DNA of 64,000 bases from Candidatus Methanomethylicia archaeon (GCA_038727515.1 JAVYVS010000003.1:96001-160000); one strand, 5' to 3'; counted from the stretch's first letter, positions 1 to 10,475 are shown. Numbers and translations: made by a program. Notes: a model not told the origin generated them from the letters alone.

Positions 1-181
1 CCTCATTGTAGCCGAAAACTTCAAGGCGCCTTTCCACTTCCTCTGAGGAAAGCCCATTTAATGAGGTCTTCAGGCGTGAAAAGATTTCTTCAACAGGCAA
101 TGTTAAAATTTCTTCGGTGCTCGGCAGAACCCATTCTAAAAATCCGCCAACCCTTGACATTTCTGAATTCTGATTACTCAT
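1..181 (-). CDS. P-type cation-transporting ATPase, N-terminal part (runs off window)
   Basis: Manual translation MSNQNSEMSRVGGFLEWVLPSTEEILTLPVEEIFSRLKTSLNGLSSEEVERRLEVFGYNE; GLSxEEVxxRLxxxGxNE is the Cation_ATPase_N motif; GGTGGA RBS upstream. Not in ORF track. Confidence 0.85.
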   Translation of the reverse strand, partial: MSNQNSEMSRVGGFLEWVLPSTEEILTLPVEEIFSRLKTSLNGLSSEEVERRLEVFGYNE

Positions 182-857
182 TATTTCCACCTACATCTAT
201 CTTCGCCGAATAACCTTTAAAGCTAGACTCTTACGTTCTTATAAAAATGCTGTTCATAAAGTTCTTTTTACCAACCCTAAAGTTAAAACCAACAACTGTT
301 TTATTAGAAGACTGTTAGGGGCGATTAAAAAGCCCTAAATACCAATTAGATAATTTGACTAGGGTATTTGTTTATGACCCTTTGGAGAGATATCTTCTAT
401 ACCTTCTGAAATCTTAGACATGATTATCGAAGTTATAAGTTGTTCAAGATATAAGTATTAGTATAACTTTCAATGGAAAATTTTGTTTTAGAACACATAA
501 TATCATCCCTCGATGTTTCCCCATTGAGTGCAATTTTGTTCTGCAGATATAGTTTGATGATGAAGACCCATTTGATATTATGGCGCTCAGCTATTAGCTC
601 CTTGAAATTGGCTATCTCGCGAAGGTTAAGGCGCATTAATAATTGAGGAAGAATATGTAAAGGAACAAAACATTATTCTGAAAAATTCTAGTTTTAAATT
701 TATTGAAATTTTTAGTACTACAAAAACGCAAAAAAGCAAAGAAAACTAACGGGGAAACTTCTAGATTATTAATGATTTTTGTTGGTTGAGTGTTCTTCTA
801 ACAACTCAATGCAGATATGGACCTCTTTTTTGGTGTCAATGTTAGTTAAAATCACGA

Positions 858-2219
858 TTATATTTTTTTACCAGGGTTCATTATTTCATAGGGGTCTAAT
901 GTTTTCTTTATGATTGAAAGTAATTTTAGCGTTTCACTTTTAATTTCTAGATGTAAATATTTTTTCTTTGCTAATCCAATGCCATGTTCCCCACTTAATG
1001 CACCTTTGTTTTTTATTGCTATTTTGAATATTTCTTCCTTTACCCTTTCTATCTCTGGAGTGTTTGATTTCTCTTTTTCCACCAATATACTTGGATGTAA
1101 ATGTCCATCTCCTGCATGACCAAATATTGCTATTCCTATATTCATCCTTCTACTTAATTCTTGTATTTCTCTAATGGTTTTTGGTAGGAAAGTTATTGGT
1201 ACAATTATATCTTCATCTATTCTTCCACCATAAACCTTTTCTAGGGATTCACCTGCCAATTTTCTAGTTTTCCACATATCATTTGAATCGTAGTATACAT
1301 GAACCATTTCATCCATAATTTTAATGCTTTTAAGATAATTGGCTAAATACTCAAGCTTATTATTTATATCTTCATTGGAAAATCCTTCGATTTCAAGTAG
1401 TATAATTGCTTCCACTTCTGGAAGTCTTTTTCCATGAACTGTATTTATTGCATTTATGGTTATTCTATCCATTAATTCTATGGCGGAAATATCTATTGTC
1501 GATTTCGTAAGTGCAACTATGGTTTTACCAGCATCTTCAAGGTTATCATGAGAAATAGATATACCAATTCTATACATAGGTTTAGGAGCTAATCTAAGTA
1601 GAGCTTTTGTTATTATTCCAAGGGTTCCTTCACTACCAACAAAAAGTGAGACTAAATTATAACCTGAAACCCACTTTTTAGTTTTTGATCCAATCCAGAC
1701 TTTACCTAGAGCTGAAGTAATAACTTCTAAACCCAAAACCCAATTTTTCATAGTACCATACTTATAGCTACGGGGACCAGCAGCATTCTCTCCAATCATT
1801 CCACCTATAGTACACTGATCACTCGTAGCTGGATTTGGAGGAAGGAATAAATTATATTCAGCTAAAAAATCATTTAAAACATCACATATAACTCCTGGTT
1901 CAACAAGCACTTGAGCATTATCTACATCTAGCTCAATTATTCTATTCATTCGTCTAAGATCTACAATAATGCCACCAGAAATTGGAACGCTGCCACCGCT
2001 AAGTGATGTACCCCCACCCCTTGGAATAACTGGAATTCTATACTTCTTAGCCACATCTACCAGTTTTTCAATTTCCTCAGTATTTTCAGGTATAACAGCA
2101 AGTGATGGTTTACCCTTAATATAAGATTGATCTTCCTCATATTGTTTAAGTTTTTCTTCATCAAAAATAACTCTATCTCCAAAAATAGTTATAAGTTCAT
2201 CTAGATAAGGCATTGACAT
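858..2219 (-). CDS. FAD-linked oxidase, GlcD / D-lactate dehydrogenase family
   Basis: PRGGGTSLSGG, FVGSEGTLGII, GHAGDGHLH, LSGEHGIG and C-terminal NPGK motifs; ATG at 2219 follows GGTGA RBS (track start 2255). Confidence 0.9.
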   Translation of the reverse strand: MSMPYLDELITIFGDRVIFDEEKLKQYEEDQSYIKGKPSLAVIPENTEEIEKLVDVAKKYRIPVIPRGGGTSLSGGSVPISGGIIVDLRRMNRIIELDVDNAQVLVEPGVICDVLNDFLAEYNLFLPPNPATSDQCTIGGMIGENAAGPRSYKYGTMKNWVLGLEVITSALGKVWIGSKTKKWVSGYNLVSLFVGSEGTLGIITKALLRLAPKPMYRIGISISHDNLEDAGKTIVALTKSTIDISAIELMDRITINAINTVHGKRLPEVEAIILLEIEGFSNEDINNKLEYLANYLKSIKIMDEMVHVYYDSNDMWKTRKLAGESLEKVYGGRIDEDIIVPITFLPKTIREIQELSRRMNIGIAIFGHAGDGHLHPSILVEKEKSNTPEIERVKEEIFKIAIKNKGALSGEHGIGLAKKKYLHLEIKSETLKLLSIIKKTLDPYEIMNPGKKI

Positions 2220-2322
2220 ACAATAATCACCAAATAGGCAAATCAATTTATACAAATAAAAATTAATAGTTTTCTAAATATCTTCAAGTCATACCATCAC
2301 TATTATAATGCTAATATTTCAA

Positions 2323-2397
2323 TGGGCCCGGTGGGATTTGAACCCACGACCACCCGGTTATCAGCCGAGTGCTCTAACCAGGCTGAGCTACGGGCCC
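2323..2397 (-). tRNA. tRNA-Ile(GAT)
   Basis: Cloverleaf GGGCCCG...CTCGG CT GAT AA CCGGG...GTTCAAATC...CGGGCCCA. Confidence 0.97.
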
Positions 2398-2465
2398 TAT
2401 GACAATATATGAAACTCATAAAAATTTAAAATTTTATATTAATAAATCCTTTTGGGTGTCATTAA

Positions 2466-3374
2466 ATGAGTGAAGAAAACATTGAGAAAACATTGAAAGC
2501 TGGAAGAATATTAAAGGAAGTCTTCGAAAAAATACCAAAAATGATCCAACCTGGAGAGAAAATAATAGATTTGTGTGAAAAAATAGAGAATAAGATAATT
2601 GAGTTAGGTGGAATACCTGCATTCCCATGTAATATCTCCATAAATAATATTGCTGCACATTATACATCACCTCCAAATGATACATCAATAATACCTGAAG
2701 ATTCTGTAATTAAAGTTGATATTGGGGTACATATTGATGGATATATAGTGGATGCAGCAAAAACATTCTCATTTAACTCAAAATATGATGATATGATTGA
2801 AGCTGTTGAACTAGCCTTAGAAAATGCCATAAGAATAATTAAACCAGGGGTAAAAGTTAAAACCATAGCAAGAGAAATAGAGAGGACAATAGTAGGATTT
2901 GGATATAAGCCAATAAGTAATTTAACTGGACATTTATTAAAGAGGTATATCCTACATGGAGGCAAAAATATACCAAATGTATATGGAGAATATCCATGGA
3001 TAATAGAGGAAGGAGAAATATATGCAATTGAACCATTTGCAACAAATGGATTTGGAAGCGTTATTGAAACAAACACTACAGTAATATACTCTTTAGCAAA
3101 GATAAAATCGGGAAAAACTAAACTTGAAAAAGATATGCTCAAATACATTTATACAAACTTCAGAATGCTACCATTCTGTGAGAGATGGATAATGAGAAGT
3201 GAATTAGGATTAAGTCAGGAAACCATACATACAATAGTTAATAGGTTACTTGAGGAGGGGATATTAACAAAATACCCAGTACTAAGAGAAGTTAGAAATG
3301 GCATAGTTACACAAGCAGAAACAACAATCATAATAACACGTGATAACATAATAAATATCATGGAAAACAAATAG
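2466..3374 (+). CDS. map: type II methionine aminopeptidase
   Basis: AFPCNISINNIAAHYT, KVDIGVHIDG, NLTGH, AIEPFAT motifs. Confidence 0.97.
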   Translation: MSEENIEKTLKAGRILKEVFEKIPKMIQPGEKIIDLCEKIENKIIELGGIPAFPCNISINNIAAHYTSPPNDTSIIPEDSVIKVDIGVHIDGYIVDAAKTFSFNSKYDDMIEAVELALENAIRIIKPGVKVKTIAREIERTIVGFGYKPISNLTGHLLKRYILHGGKNIPNVYGEYPWIIEEGEIYAIEPFATNGFGSVIETNTTVIYSLAKIKSGKTKLEKDMLKYIYTNFRMLPFCERWIMRSELGLSQETIHTIVNRLLEEGILTKYPVLREVRNGIVTQAETTIIITRDNIINIMENK

Positions 3375-3505
3375 GAAAACAGCTTAAATTCAAAGTAAAC
3401 TAAATTGCATGACATAGAAAAATCATTAATATTTACAATCACACTAACTCTCATATTCAAAGAATTAAACATTACATATATGTAAAACTCCAAAATTCAG
3501 AATAT

Positions 3506-3583
3506 TGGAGCCTCGGGCGGGATTTGAACCCGCGGCCTACGCCTTACCAAGGCGCCGCTCTAACCAGGCTGAGCTACCGAGGC
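3506..3583 (-). tRNA. tRNA-Thr(GGT), CCA encoded
   Basis: GCCTCGG...GCGCC TT GGT AA GGCGT...GTTCAAATC...CCGAGGCTCCA. Confidence 0.97.
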
Positions 3584-3657
3584 TATTAAATTTTAACAAC
3601 TAAATAGAAATATGAAGGGGGTTCCTTTAAATTTTGCTGATATCTAACTGGCGAAGC

Positions 3658-3807
3658 TTATTTTACTAGATCCATGAATTTTGCACAACTAGCGCAGACT
3701 CTCATACCCTCCCTCTCAGTTATACAGTTTTTGCATACATTTTTGAAGCACATTTCACATTTATGTACTTCATTAACCTTTGCACCGCATATTGGACATG
3801 TATACAT
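3658..3807 (-). CDS. 49-aa zinc-finger microprotein (four CxxC pairs)
   Basis: Manual translation MYTCPICGAKVNEVHKCEMCFKNVCKNCITEREGMRVCASCAKFMDLVK; AGGTGA RBS just upstream; below ORF-track cutoff. Confidence 0.85.
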   Translation of the reverse strand: MYTCPICGAKVNEVHKCEMCFKNVCKNCITEREGMRVCASCAKFMDLVK

Positions 3808-3862
3808 ATAACTTCACCTAAAATACTATTTTATCAAGTTAATTTATTTGTTTTCATTTATA

Positions 3863-5551
3863 TTAAAACCATTTTGCAACAATTTCATCTTTAATTGTTT
3901 TTGGTTGTATGCCTCTTTCAGGAAATGTTGGTTGACAATGTGTAATTTCCATTATTGAAACTGGTATTTCAATTTTGAAATTAACTAATACTCTTGGATG
4001 TATTTCACCAATTAACCCTATATTCCTTTCATCAACTTTTATGATTGCAACACGTCCATCTATAAATGTTGGATGTCTGTATGGTTCTACTTTCACTTCT
4101 ATTCCAAGTCCATCCATCAATGCAATTAAAACTTCTTTAATATCAGAGAAAGAAGCTTTAGAAGAAGCTATTGCAGCCGCTAGATTCCTCTGTACCATTA
4201 TATCATCGTCTAATGGTATTGCTACATATCCTATTTCGAATATTTTTTGTGGGTATTCAACATGTTTATTTTGTGAGAGGAAGTGAAGTAGATTTGGTGT
4301 TATCCAACGTCTATAACAATTGTATTCTTCCGTTACTGGATTGGAAAGCTTCAATACGTTTAGGTTATTGAGATTCACTAAGCTAGTTTGATGAATAATA
4401 CTGGTTAATGTGAATGTCATAACTTCCTGAAACCCCATTCCAATCATTAATTCCCTAATCTTACCCTCTAATACTTCTATTAGTGATGGCTTTCCAATAG
4501 TCATTAACGATGGCAATTCTGGGGTTATATTCTCATAACCATATGCTATTGCCATATCCTCGATAATATCCACAGGATGAAGAATATCAACTCTAAATGG
4601 GGGAATAGAAATTTTAAGAATTTCACCTCTAACATCACTAATACTATACCCCATCTTCCTCAAGAGTTTAAAAGCCTCTTCTACACTTATATTTAAACCT
4701 ATGAGTTTACGAAAATCTTCAAGATTAATATCTATATGTCTAAAGTTCAGATCTGGGGTTATTTTGCTACATGTTGGGTATTTTACTACAACTTTCTCTA
4801 GAACTCCACCTCTTTCAAGGATGTTACAAACAAGTACGTTTAGAGTTTGAGTGACGGCATTTTCATCTATTCCAGTCAACTCTATAAATAAGTTCCTTGT
4901 TTTTTCAGTAACCCTTGTTCTCTCCCCATTAATTACTGGTGGAAAGCTAAAAATACCTTTAGCATCAATATAGACTGGGTATAATTCACCCTTTAATAGT
5001 CCAGCATAAGTTTTACCTTTAGGATGTTTAACTAGAATTTCCCTAAGAGAAAGTTCTTCAGACATATCCAACGGTATCATCTTTTCATCGCCATTAACCT
5101 CCATATACATTATTGGAGGTTCTATTTTATCATAATCATGGATACCTATAGCTACTTTTCTACGATTTCTACCAATGGTTATGTGTAAAGCCTCTTGCAT
5201 GTTCATTAAACTTTTTATGAAATTATTGTCGATACGCATATCTCTTATAATTGCACATGCAATATAGGGACGCAACTTCACATTACCAACATATACCTCA
5301 ATATTTGGATTTTTAAAAGCTGAAAAAGGAAATTTGGGGTAGCAAATTTCTAAGAAACTTCTTATGGCTCGCGCAAGTCCTTCAACACATAGTATATCTG
5401 GTCTATCAGGTTCAAGTTCAACAATTATATTGTCACCTTCAATACCCTTCACTTCACCTTTGAATTGCCTTATAGCATAAATAATTTTTTCAAGATCTTT
5501 TACATAGCTCAATTCCATTAATTCACTTATACTAAGGTTTAATGTCGGCAT
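3863..5551 (-). CDS. pheT: phenylalanine--tRNA ligase beta subunit
   Basis: DRPDILCVEGLARA, RVDILHPVDIIEDMAIAYGY, IGEIHPRVL; follows pheS. Confidence 0.97.
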   Translation of the reverse strand: MPTLNLSISELMELSYVKDLEKIIYAIRQFKGEVKGIEGDNIIVELEPDRPDILCVEGLARAIRSFLEICYPKFPFSAFKNPNIEVYVGNVKLRPYIACAIIRDMRIDNNFIKSLMNMQEALHITIGRNRRKVAIGIHDYDKIEPPIMYMEVNGDEKMIPLDMSEELSLREILVKHPKGKTYAGLLKGELYPVYIDAKGIFSFPPVINGERTRVTEKTRNLFIELTGIDENAVTQTLNVLVCNILERGGVLEKVVVKYPTCSKITPDLNFRHIDINLEDFRKLIGLNISVEEAFKLLRKMGYSISDVRGEILKISIPPFRVDILHPVDIIEDMAIAYGYENITPELPSLMTIGKPSLIEVLEGKIRELMIGMGFQEVMTFTLTSIIHQTSLVNLNNLNVLKLSNPVTEEYNCYRRWITPNLLHFLSQNKHVEYPQKIFEIGYVAIPLDDDIMVQRNLAAAIASSKASFSDIKEVLIALMDGLGIEVKVEPYRHPTFIDGRVAIIKVDERNIGLIGEIHPRVLVNFKIEIPVSIMEITHCQPTFPERGIQPKTIKDEIVAKWF

Positions 5552-5552
5552 A

Positions 5553-7154
5553 TTAAACCCTCCATAGCGATGGAATTCTTTGGAATCTTAACCATTTAAG
5601 ATCATTCGAGAAGAGAAGTCTTATGTCTTCTATTTTCAATGCAACCATAGCCAATCTATCTATTCCAAGACCCCAAGCAAGTACGGGAACCTTTATTCCA
5701 AGCGGATACGTTACTTCTGGTCTAAATATACCAGCTGGTAGAGCTTCAATCCAACCAAGTTTTTCATGTTTCACGTATCCAACAACACTTGGTTCTGTAA
5801 ATGGGAAATAAGCTGGTTGAAATTTAACTTCTCTAATTCCAAAAGCTTCTGCAATAGTTTTAAGGAAGCCTAATAGATGCTTAAAATTAACATCTGATGA
5901 AACAACTATTCCTTCACATTGATTAAACTCAATTAAATGCGTTGCATCAATTTTATCAGGTCTATAATTTCTATCAATGGTAAATATTTTCTTGGGTAAA
6001 TCTTCATTTCTAAGTTGTGAAAGACAACGTACAGATAAAGCTGTTGTCTGACTTCTTAAAATCCTCTTTAAAGCTAATTCTGGATCCCAAAAACCCCAAC
6101 CCCTAGATCCAGTTTCCCAACCATTTTCATGAGTTTCCTTCACCCTTAACCAAATCTCACTTTTTGCAACTTTATCTATTGACATAGGTTTATAATCTAG
6201 GTAGAAGACGTCATGTATATCCCTAGCAGGATGATCTGATGGCATAAAAAGTGCATCTGCATTCCAAAAGTTCACTTCTATCGGGGGGCTAATAACTTCT
6301 TCAAACCCAAGACCTATTAGAATCTCCCTAACTTCATCAATTATCTCTCTATAAGGATGTTTCTTCCCCAAATAGAACTTTTTAACCGGAGCGGAAACAT
6401 CATATGGTCTAAAAAGAGTTCTTTCCCATTCACCAGAAATTATTAATTCTCTTGTTAATTCATTCACTATTTTTAAACTTTTCAGATCCAATTTTCTGTC
6501 TGATATTGGAAGCATTTTTTTAATTCTATCTACAATTTCAAATCCTCTGGTTGAAAGAAAAGCATTCAATTCTCTACGTTTTAAAATCTTTATTATTGAC
6601 CCCCTCAACTTCAATTCTTCTAATATTTTAAACTCATCCTTTGAAAGAGGCTCTCCACGCTTAATCTTTTTTAATAAGATGTATGGAGGATAATTCTCTA
6701 GGACTTCAACATCATTAACTTTTAACTTTAATATCCGCTTTCCATCCTTTTTTTCAATTGATGCAAAGCCTAATTTTAAAACCCAACTCAAACCTATTTT
6801 AATTTCATCTTCCGTTAAATGTAATTCTTCAATAGATGCTTCTCCACCAAACTCCGCTAATTTCTTAACTATCCTCTGCTCTGGGAAAAAGTTTTCAACA
6901 TATAATTCCCCCTCAACATCAAGATCGTATTCAACGAATATCCTTTCATCCAATACTATAAGTCCTTTTTCCTTTAATGATTCAAAAGCCCACATAATGG
7001 AATCTATTGGCAGTTCTGTATCTTCTGATATCTGTTTCAAATTAGCATTTCCACTTCCCAACGATAATAAAACTTTTATTTCAATTGGATGAAGTTGTTT
7101 GACCAATTCTAATATCGAAATTGGCTTTCCATCACCAAGTCCCTCATTAAACAT
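5553..7154 (-). CDS. pheS: phenylalanine--tRNA ligase alpha subunit
   Basis: HPARDIHD, DATHLIEFNQ, YFPFTEPS, AWGLGIDRL. Confidence 0.97.
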   Translation of the reverse strand: MFNEGLGDGKPISILELVKQLHPIEIKVLLSLGSGNANLKQISEDTELPIDSIMWAFESLKEKGLIVLDERIFVEYDLDVEGELYVENFFPEQRIVKKLAEFGGEASIEELHLTEDEIKIGLSWVLKLGFASIEKKDGKRILKLKVNDVEVLENYPPYILLKKIKRGEPLSKDEFKILEELKLRGSIIKILKRRELNAFLSTRGFEIVDRIKKMLPISDRKLDLKSLKIVNELTRELIISGEWERTLFRPYDVSAPVKKFYLGKKHPYREIIDEVREILIGLGFEEVISPPIEVNFWNADALFMPSDHPARDIHDVFYLDYKPMSIDKVAKSEIWLRVKETHENGWETGSRGWGFWDPELALKRILRSQTTALSVRCLSQLRNEDLPKKIFTIDRNYRPDKIDATHLIEFNQCEGIVVSSDVNFKHLLGFLKTIAEAFGIREVKFQPAYFPFTEPSVVGYVKHEKLGWIEALPAGIFRPEVTYPLGIKVPVLAWGLGIDRLAMVALKIEDIRLLFSNDLKWLRFQRIPSLWRV

Positions 7155-7232
7155 AAGCTTACCTTCATTATATATTTTATTCCAGTTATTAAACGTTTAA
7201 ATATAGTATGATAGAGAAAATATATCAAGTTA

Positions 7233-8132
7233 GTGGGTGTAAATATGGAGCTGAAGGGTATTTATGTGCCTCATGTAACACCATTTGATAAAGATGGAAA
7301 AATAGATTATAATTCATTGAATGAATGCATAGATTTTTGGATTAAGAGTAATGTTGATGGATTAGTAACTCTAGGTAGCAATGGAGAATTTCCATATCTA
7401 ACATATGAAGAAAAGATTTCCGTAGTAAGGGAAGTTGTAAACTATGTTAATGGAAGAACAAAGGTAATTGTGGGAACTGGTGCCCCAAGTACATATGAAA
7501 CAATAAAATTTTCAAAAGATGTCTTAGACATCGGAGGAATAGACGCACTAATAATAGTTACACCATACTATTTTCCTCTATCTTCACATGAACTAGTAGT
7601 CCATTACTCTGAAATATTAAACAAAATTGATGCTCCAATACTGTTATATGATGTACCGAAATTTACTGGATATAGCATGGATGTAAACGTAATTGAAAAA
7701 TTAGTTGATGAGTATAGCAATATAATTGGTATAAAAGATAGTACAGGAAACATGATACATATATCTGAAACTATAAGAACAGTAGGCAAGAAGATTAGTG
7801 TATTAGCTGGAACTGCAGACTACATTTTACCAACACTAATACTTGGGGGAAGGGGGGCTATAGTTGCCGTTGCTAACTTCATCCCGGAAGTCACTGTAAA
7901 ACTTTATAAAAGTTTTATTGAGGGAAGATATGAGGAAGCAGCAAAGATACAATTAAACATAAATGCCATATGGAATGCAATAAGAAGATATAATCAACTT
8001 TCAGCAGTAAAAGCATGCATGATTGCAAGAAATATAAATGCAGGCTATCCAAGAAAACCCTCAGTGCAACTAAACCTAGAGGATATTAAATATTTTAAGA
8101 ATATCTTATTAAAATACGCCAATATAAACTAA
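7233..8132 (+). CDS. DHDPS/NAL-family class I aldolase (HOGA-like GSNGE motif)
   Basis: GSNGEFPYL, Schiff-base GIKDS, VTPYY. Confidence 0.85.
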   Translation: MGVNMELKGIYVPHVTPFDKDGKIDYNSLNECIDFWIKSNVDGLVTLGSNGEFPYLTYEEKISVVREVVNYVNGRTKVIVGTGAPSTYETIKFSKDVLDIGGIDALIIVTPYYFPLSSHELVVHYSEILNKIDAPILLYDVPKFTGYSMDVNVIEKLVDEYSNIIGIKDSTGNMIHISETIRTVGKKISVLAGTADYILPTLILGGRGAIVAVANFIPEVTVKLYKSFIEGRYEEAAKIQLNINAIWNAIRRYNQLSAVKACMIARNINAGYPRKPSVQLNLEDIKYFKNILLKYANIN

Positions 8133-8173
8133 AGTTTTTATGAAGGAAGATCAAAAATTAAATCTGAAATTAT

Positions 8174-8824
8174 ATGATGGAAGAAGAGTATTTAAAAAAT
8201 AAGGCAAAAAGAATATTAGAATTGCTTAAACAAGCATACCCAGATGAAAAAGGTACTGAACTAAATTTTAGTAATCCATGGGAGTTACTAGTCGCCACAA
8301 TACTTGCAGCTCAAACACCAGATAAGAGAGTAAATGAAGTTACAAAGGTATTATTTCAAAAATATAGAAATGTAAAAGATTATGCAGAAGCAGATTTAAG
8401 TGAAATGGAGGAAATTTTGAAGAAAATAAATTTCTATCGTAAAAAGGCTCAACGAATAAAAGAAATAGCAAAAATAATTATGGAGAAATATAATGGAGAA
8501 ATCCCAAAATCAGTAGAAGAATTAACAAAATTACCTGGGATAGGTAGAAAAACTGCAAATATGGTTTTAGCAAATGCATTAAATATTATAGAGGGCATAA
8601 CTGTGGATACCCACGTAATGAGAGTTTCAAAAAGACTTGGGTTAACATCATATGACGATAGAAATAAAATTGAAAAAGACTTAATGGGATTATACCCAAA
8701 AAATGAATGGTTTAACGTATCAAACCTATTTATTGCACATGGAAAAAGAACCTGCAGTGCAAAGAAGCCAAAATGTGATGTATGCATTTTAAAGGAAATA
8801 TGCCCTTCAAAATCAATTTCATAA
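8174..8824 (+). CDS. nth: endonuclease III
   Basis: HhH LPGIGRKTAN, VDTHV, C-terminal CX6CX2CX5C [4Fe-4S] motif. Confidence 0.96.
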   Translation: MMEEEYLKNKAKRILELLKQAYPDEKGTELNFSNPWELLVATILAAQTPDKRVNEVTKVLFQKYRNVKDYAEADLSEMEEILKKINFYRKKAQRIKEIAKIIMEKYNGEIPKSVEELTKLPGIGRKTANMVLANALNIIEGITVDTHVMRVSKRLGLTSYDDRNKIEKDLMGLYPKNEWFNVSNLFIAHGKRTCSAKKPKCDVCILKEICPSKSIS

Positions 8825-9038
8825 GTTTACAGATAAGCCAATTGATTTAAGCAAAAATGGAAAAAATACAGATTTACTGGAATAAGGAAGCTTTAATCAT
8901 TAATATAAAGCTTCATTGTCGTGAATTACAACTTAATGATTTTAATCCTTAATCATATTAGCTTTCTACGTATCGATACATAAAATATAGTATCAAGAGG
9001 ATAGAGGTGTATTTAGAACATAAATTATTGGTAATTTA

Positions 9039-9139
9039 TGCGGGGGGTGGGATTTGAACCCACGAACCCCTTCGGGACAGCCGTTCCGAGAATATATCAC
9101 CTCAGGGCTGCGCCTTTGTCCTGGCTTGGCTACCCCCGC
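9039..9139 (-). tRNA. tRNA-Leu(GAG) with 16-nt canonical 37/38 intron (9084-9099)
   Basis: CAGCC CT GAG G [TGATATATTCTCGGAA] C GGCTG; BHB central helix CTGA/TCGG; long variable arm. Confidence 0.93.
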
Positions 9140-9153
9140 ATAAATTTAAAAAA

Positions 9154-9426
9154 TTATTGTACAACTCCAATCTTCGCAATTATATCCGCTTTTGCCTTTT
9201 TAAGTTTAACTGATGTTATTTTAACTTTAACTACTTCTCCAATTTTTGCTCCTGGAATAAATATTACGGTGTCTTTGATTTTTGCTATACCTTCACCTTT
9301 ATCGGAGTAATCCTCTATTACAACTGTATAAATTTCACCTTCATTGACTCTACTGAATGTGTATACCTTTCTCTTTTTACTAGATTTACGTTTAGACCCC
9401 TTTTTACCCATATTATCCCCCATCAA
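9154..9426 (-). CDS. stand-alone TRAM domain RNA-binding protein
   Basis: GEIYTVVIEDYSDKGEGIAKIKDTVIFIPGAKIGEVVKVKI; basic N-terminus. Confidence 0.88.
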   Translation of the reverse strand: MMGDNMGKKGSKRKSSKKRKVYTFSRVNEGEIYTVVIEDYSDKGEGIAKIKDTVIFIPGAKIGEVVKVKITSVKLKKAKADIIAKIGVVQ

Positions 9427-9432
9427 AAGATG

Positions 9433-10173
9433 CTAACGTGCTTTTCTTGGGGTACCCTTTTTCCTTCCAGTTCGTCTGGGCGCAATTATACCAACTTTCT
9501 GTCCTGGAGGCGCTGTTTTTGGCACTGGTGTACCACCTTTGGGATGTGAACCACCACCATGTGGATGACTTGCTGGAACCATAGCTTTACCTCTTACTAT
9601 AGGCCATTTTGTAGCTTTTCTCTTAATCAAGTGATATTTGTTTCCAGCTTTTACAAATGGTTTTTCTACTCTTCCACCAGCAGCAACTATTCCTATAGTT
9701 GCTCTACATTTCGAATCTAACGTTTTAAGTTTTCCCGATGGAAGTTTAATTGTTGTTTGTCCAAGAGAGTGTGCTACCACTACTGCATAGGTACCAGATC
9801 TACGCGCTAACTTTCCACCATCTCCAGGTCTTAGTTCAACATTACATATAGTAGTACCTTCCGGAATATTACCTATTGGAAGTATATTTCCTGTATCTAT
9901 TTCTGCTAATGCCCCCTTAGCTATGATTTTACCTACGTATATGCCTTCCGGTGCTACAATCAATTCTTTACTACCATCTTCAAATTTCAATAAAGCTAAT
10001 GGGCATCCCCTACCAGGATCATGCAATAACTCTTCTACAACCCCAGTAATCTTTGATTCATATTCGATTTTTTGTGGTATGCTATATTTTGCTTCACCAA
10101 CTTTAATCCATTTAGGTGATCTGAAATTTGATCCTCCTCTTCCTTTACGTTGAACAAGTATTCTTTTACCCAT
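9433..10173 (-). CDS. rpl2: 50S ribosomal protein L2
   Basis: MGKRILVQRKGRG, HDPGR, HPHGGG. Confidence 0.98.
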   Translation of the reverse strand: MGKRILVQRKGRGGSNFRSPKWIKVGEAKYSIPQKIEYESKITGVVEELLHDPGRGCPLALLKFEDGSKELIVAPEGIYVGKIIAKGALAEIDTGNILPIGNIPEGTTICNVELRPGDGGKLARRSGTYAVVVAHSLGQTTIKLPSGKLKTLDSKCRATIGIVAAGGRVEKPFVKAGNKYHLIKRKATKWPIVRGKAMVPASHPHGGGSHPKGGTPVPKTAPPGQKVGIIAPRRTGRKKGTPRKAR

Positions 10174-10185
10174 TTAAACAGCCTC

Positions 10186-10455
10186 CTACAATATACCCAT
10201 TTTTGAAGCTACATCTGAAGCAGAATATTCTGGTTTCAGTTTGACGTACGCCTTTTTCTCCCCCTTAGATGTTATTAACGTATTTACTTTTTCCACTTTT
10301 ACATTAAATAATCTTTCTACAGCCCACTTAATTTTATGTTTATTTGCTTTCCTATTAACAATAAACACCAATTTATTTTCCACTTCAGTTTTCCTTAAAG
10401 CAGATTCCGAAATCACAGGTCTAATTATTATTTCCCATGGATCTAAATTTTCCAT
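10186..10455 (-). CDS. rpl23: 50S ribosomal protein L23
   Basis: [19 protein letters not shown]; ATG at 10455 after GGAGGT. Confidence 0.97.
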   Translation of the reverse strand: MENLDPWEIIIRPVISESALRKTEVENKLVFIVNRKANKHKIKWAVERLFNVKVEKVNTLITSKGEKKAYVKLKPEYSASDVASKMGIL

Positions 10456-10475
10456 TTCAAAACCTCCATATACTA

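Noticed and set aside
433-636. 67-aa ORF on minus strand
   Set aside because: No recognisable motif or RBS; lies in an apparently degraded intergenic region.
8887-8914. 9-bp hairpin GAAGCTTTA...TAAAGCTTC and a 31-codon ORF between nth and tRNA-Leu
   Set aside because: Plausible by chance in AT-rich DNA; no supporting evidence.
9038-9310. ORFs overlapping tRNA genes (also 36463-36651 and 57899-58306)
   Set aside because: They translate tRNA sequence; spurious.
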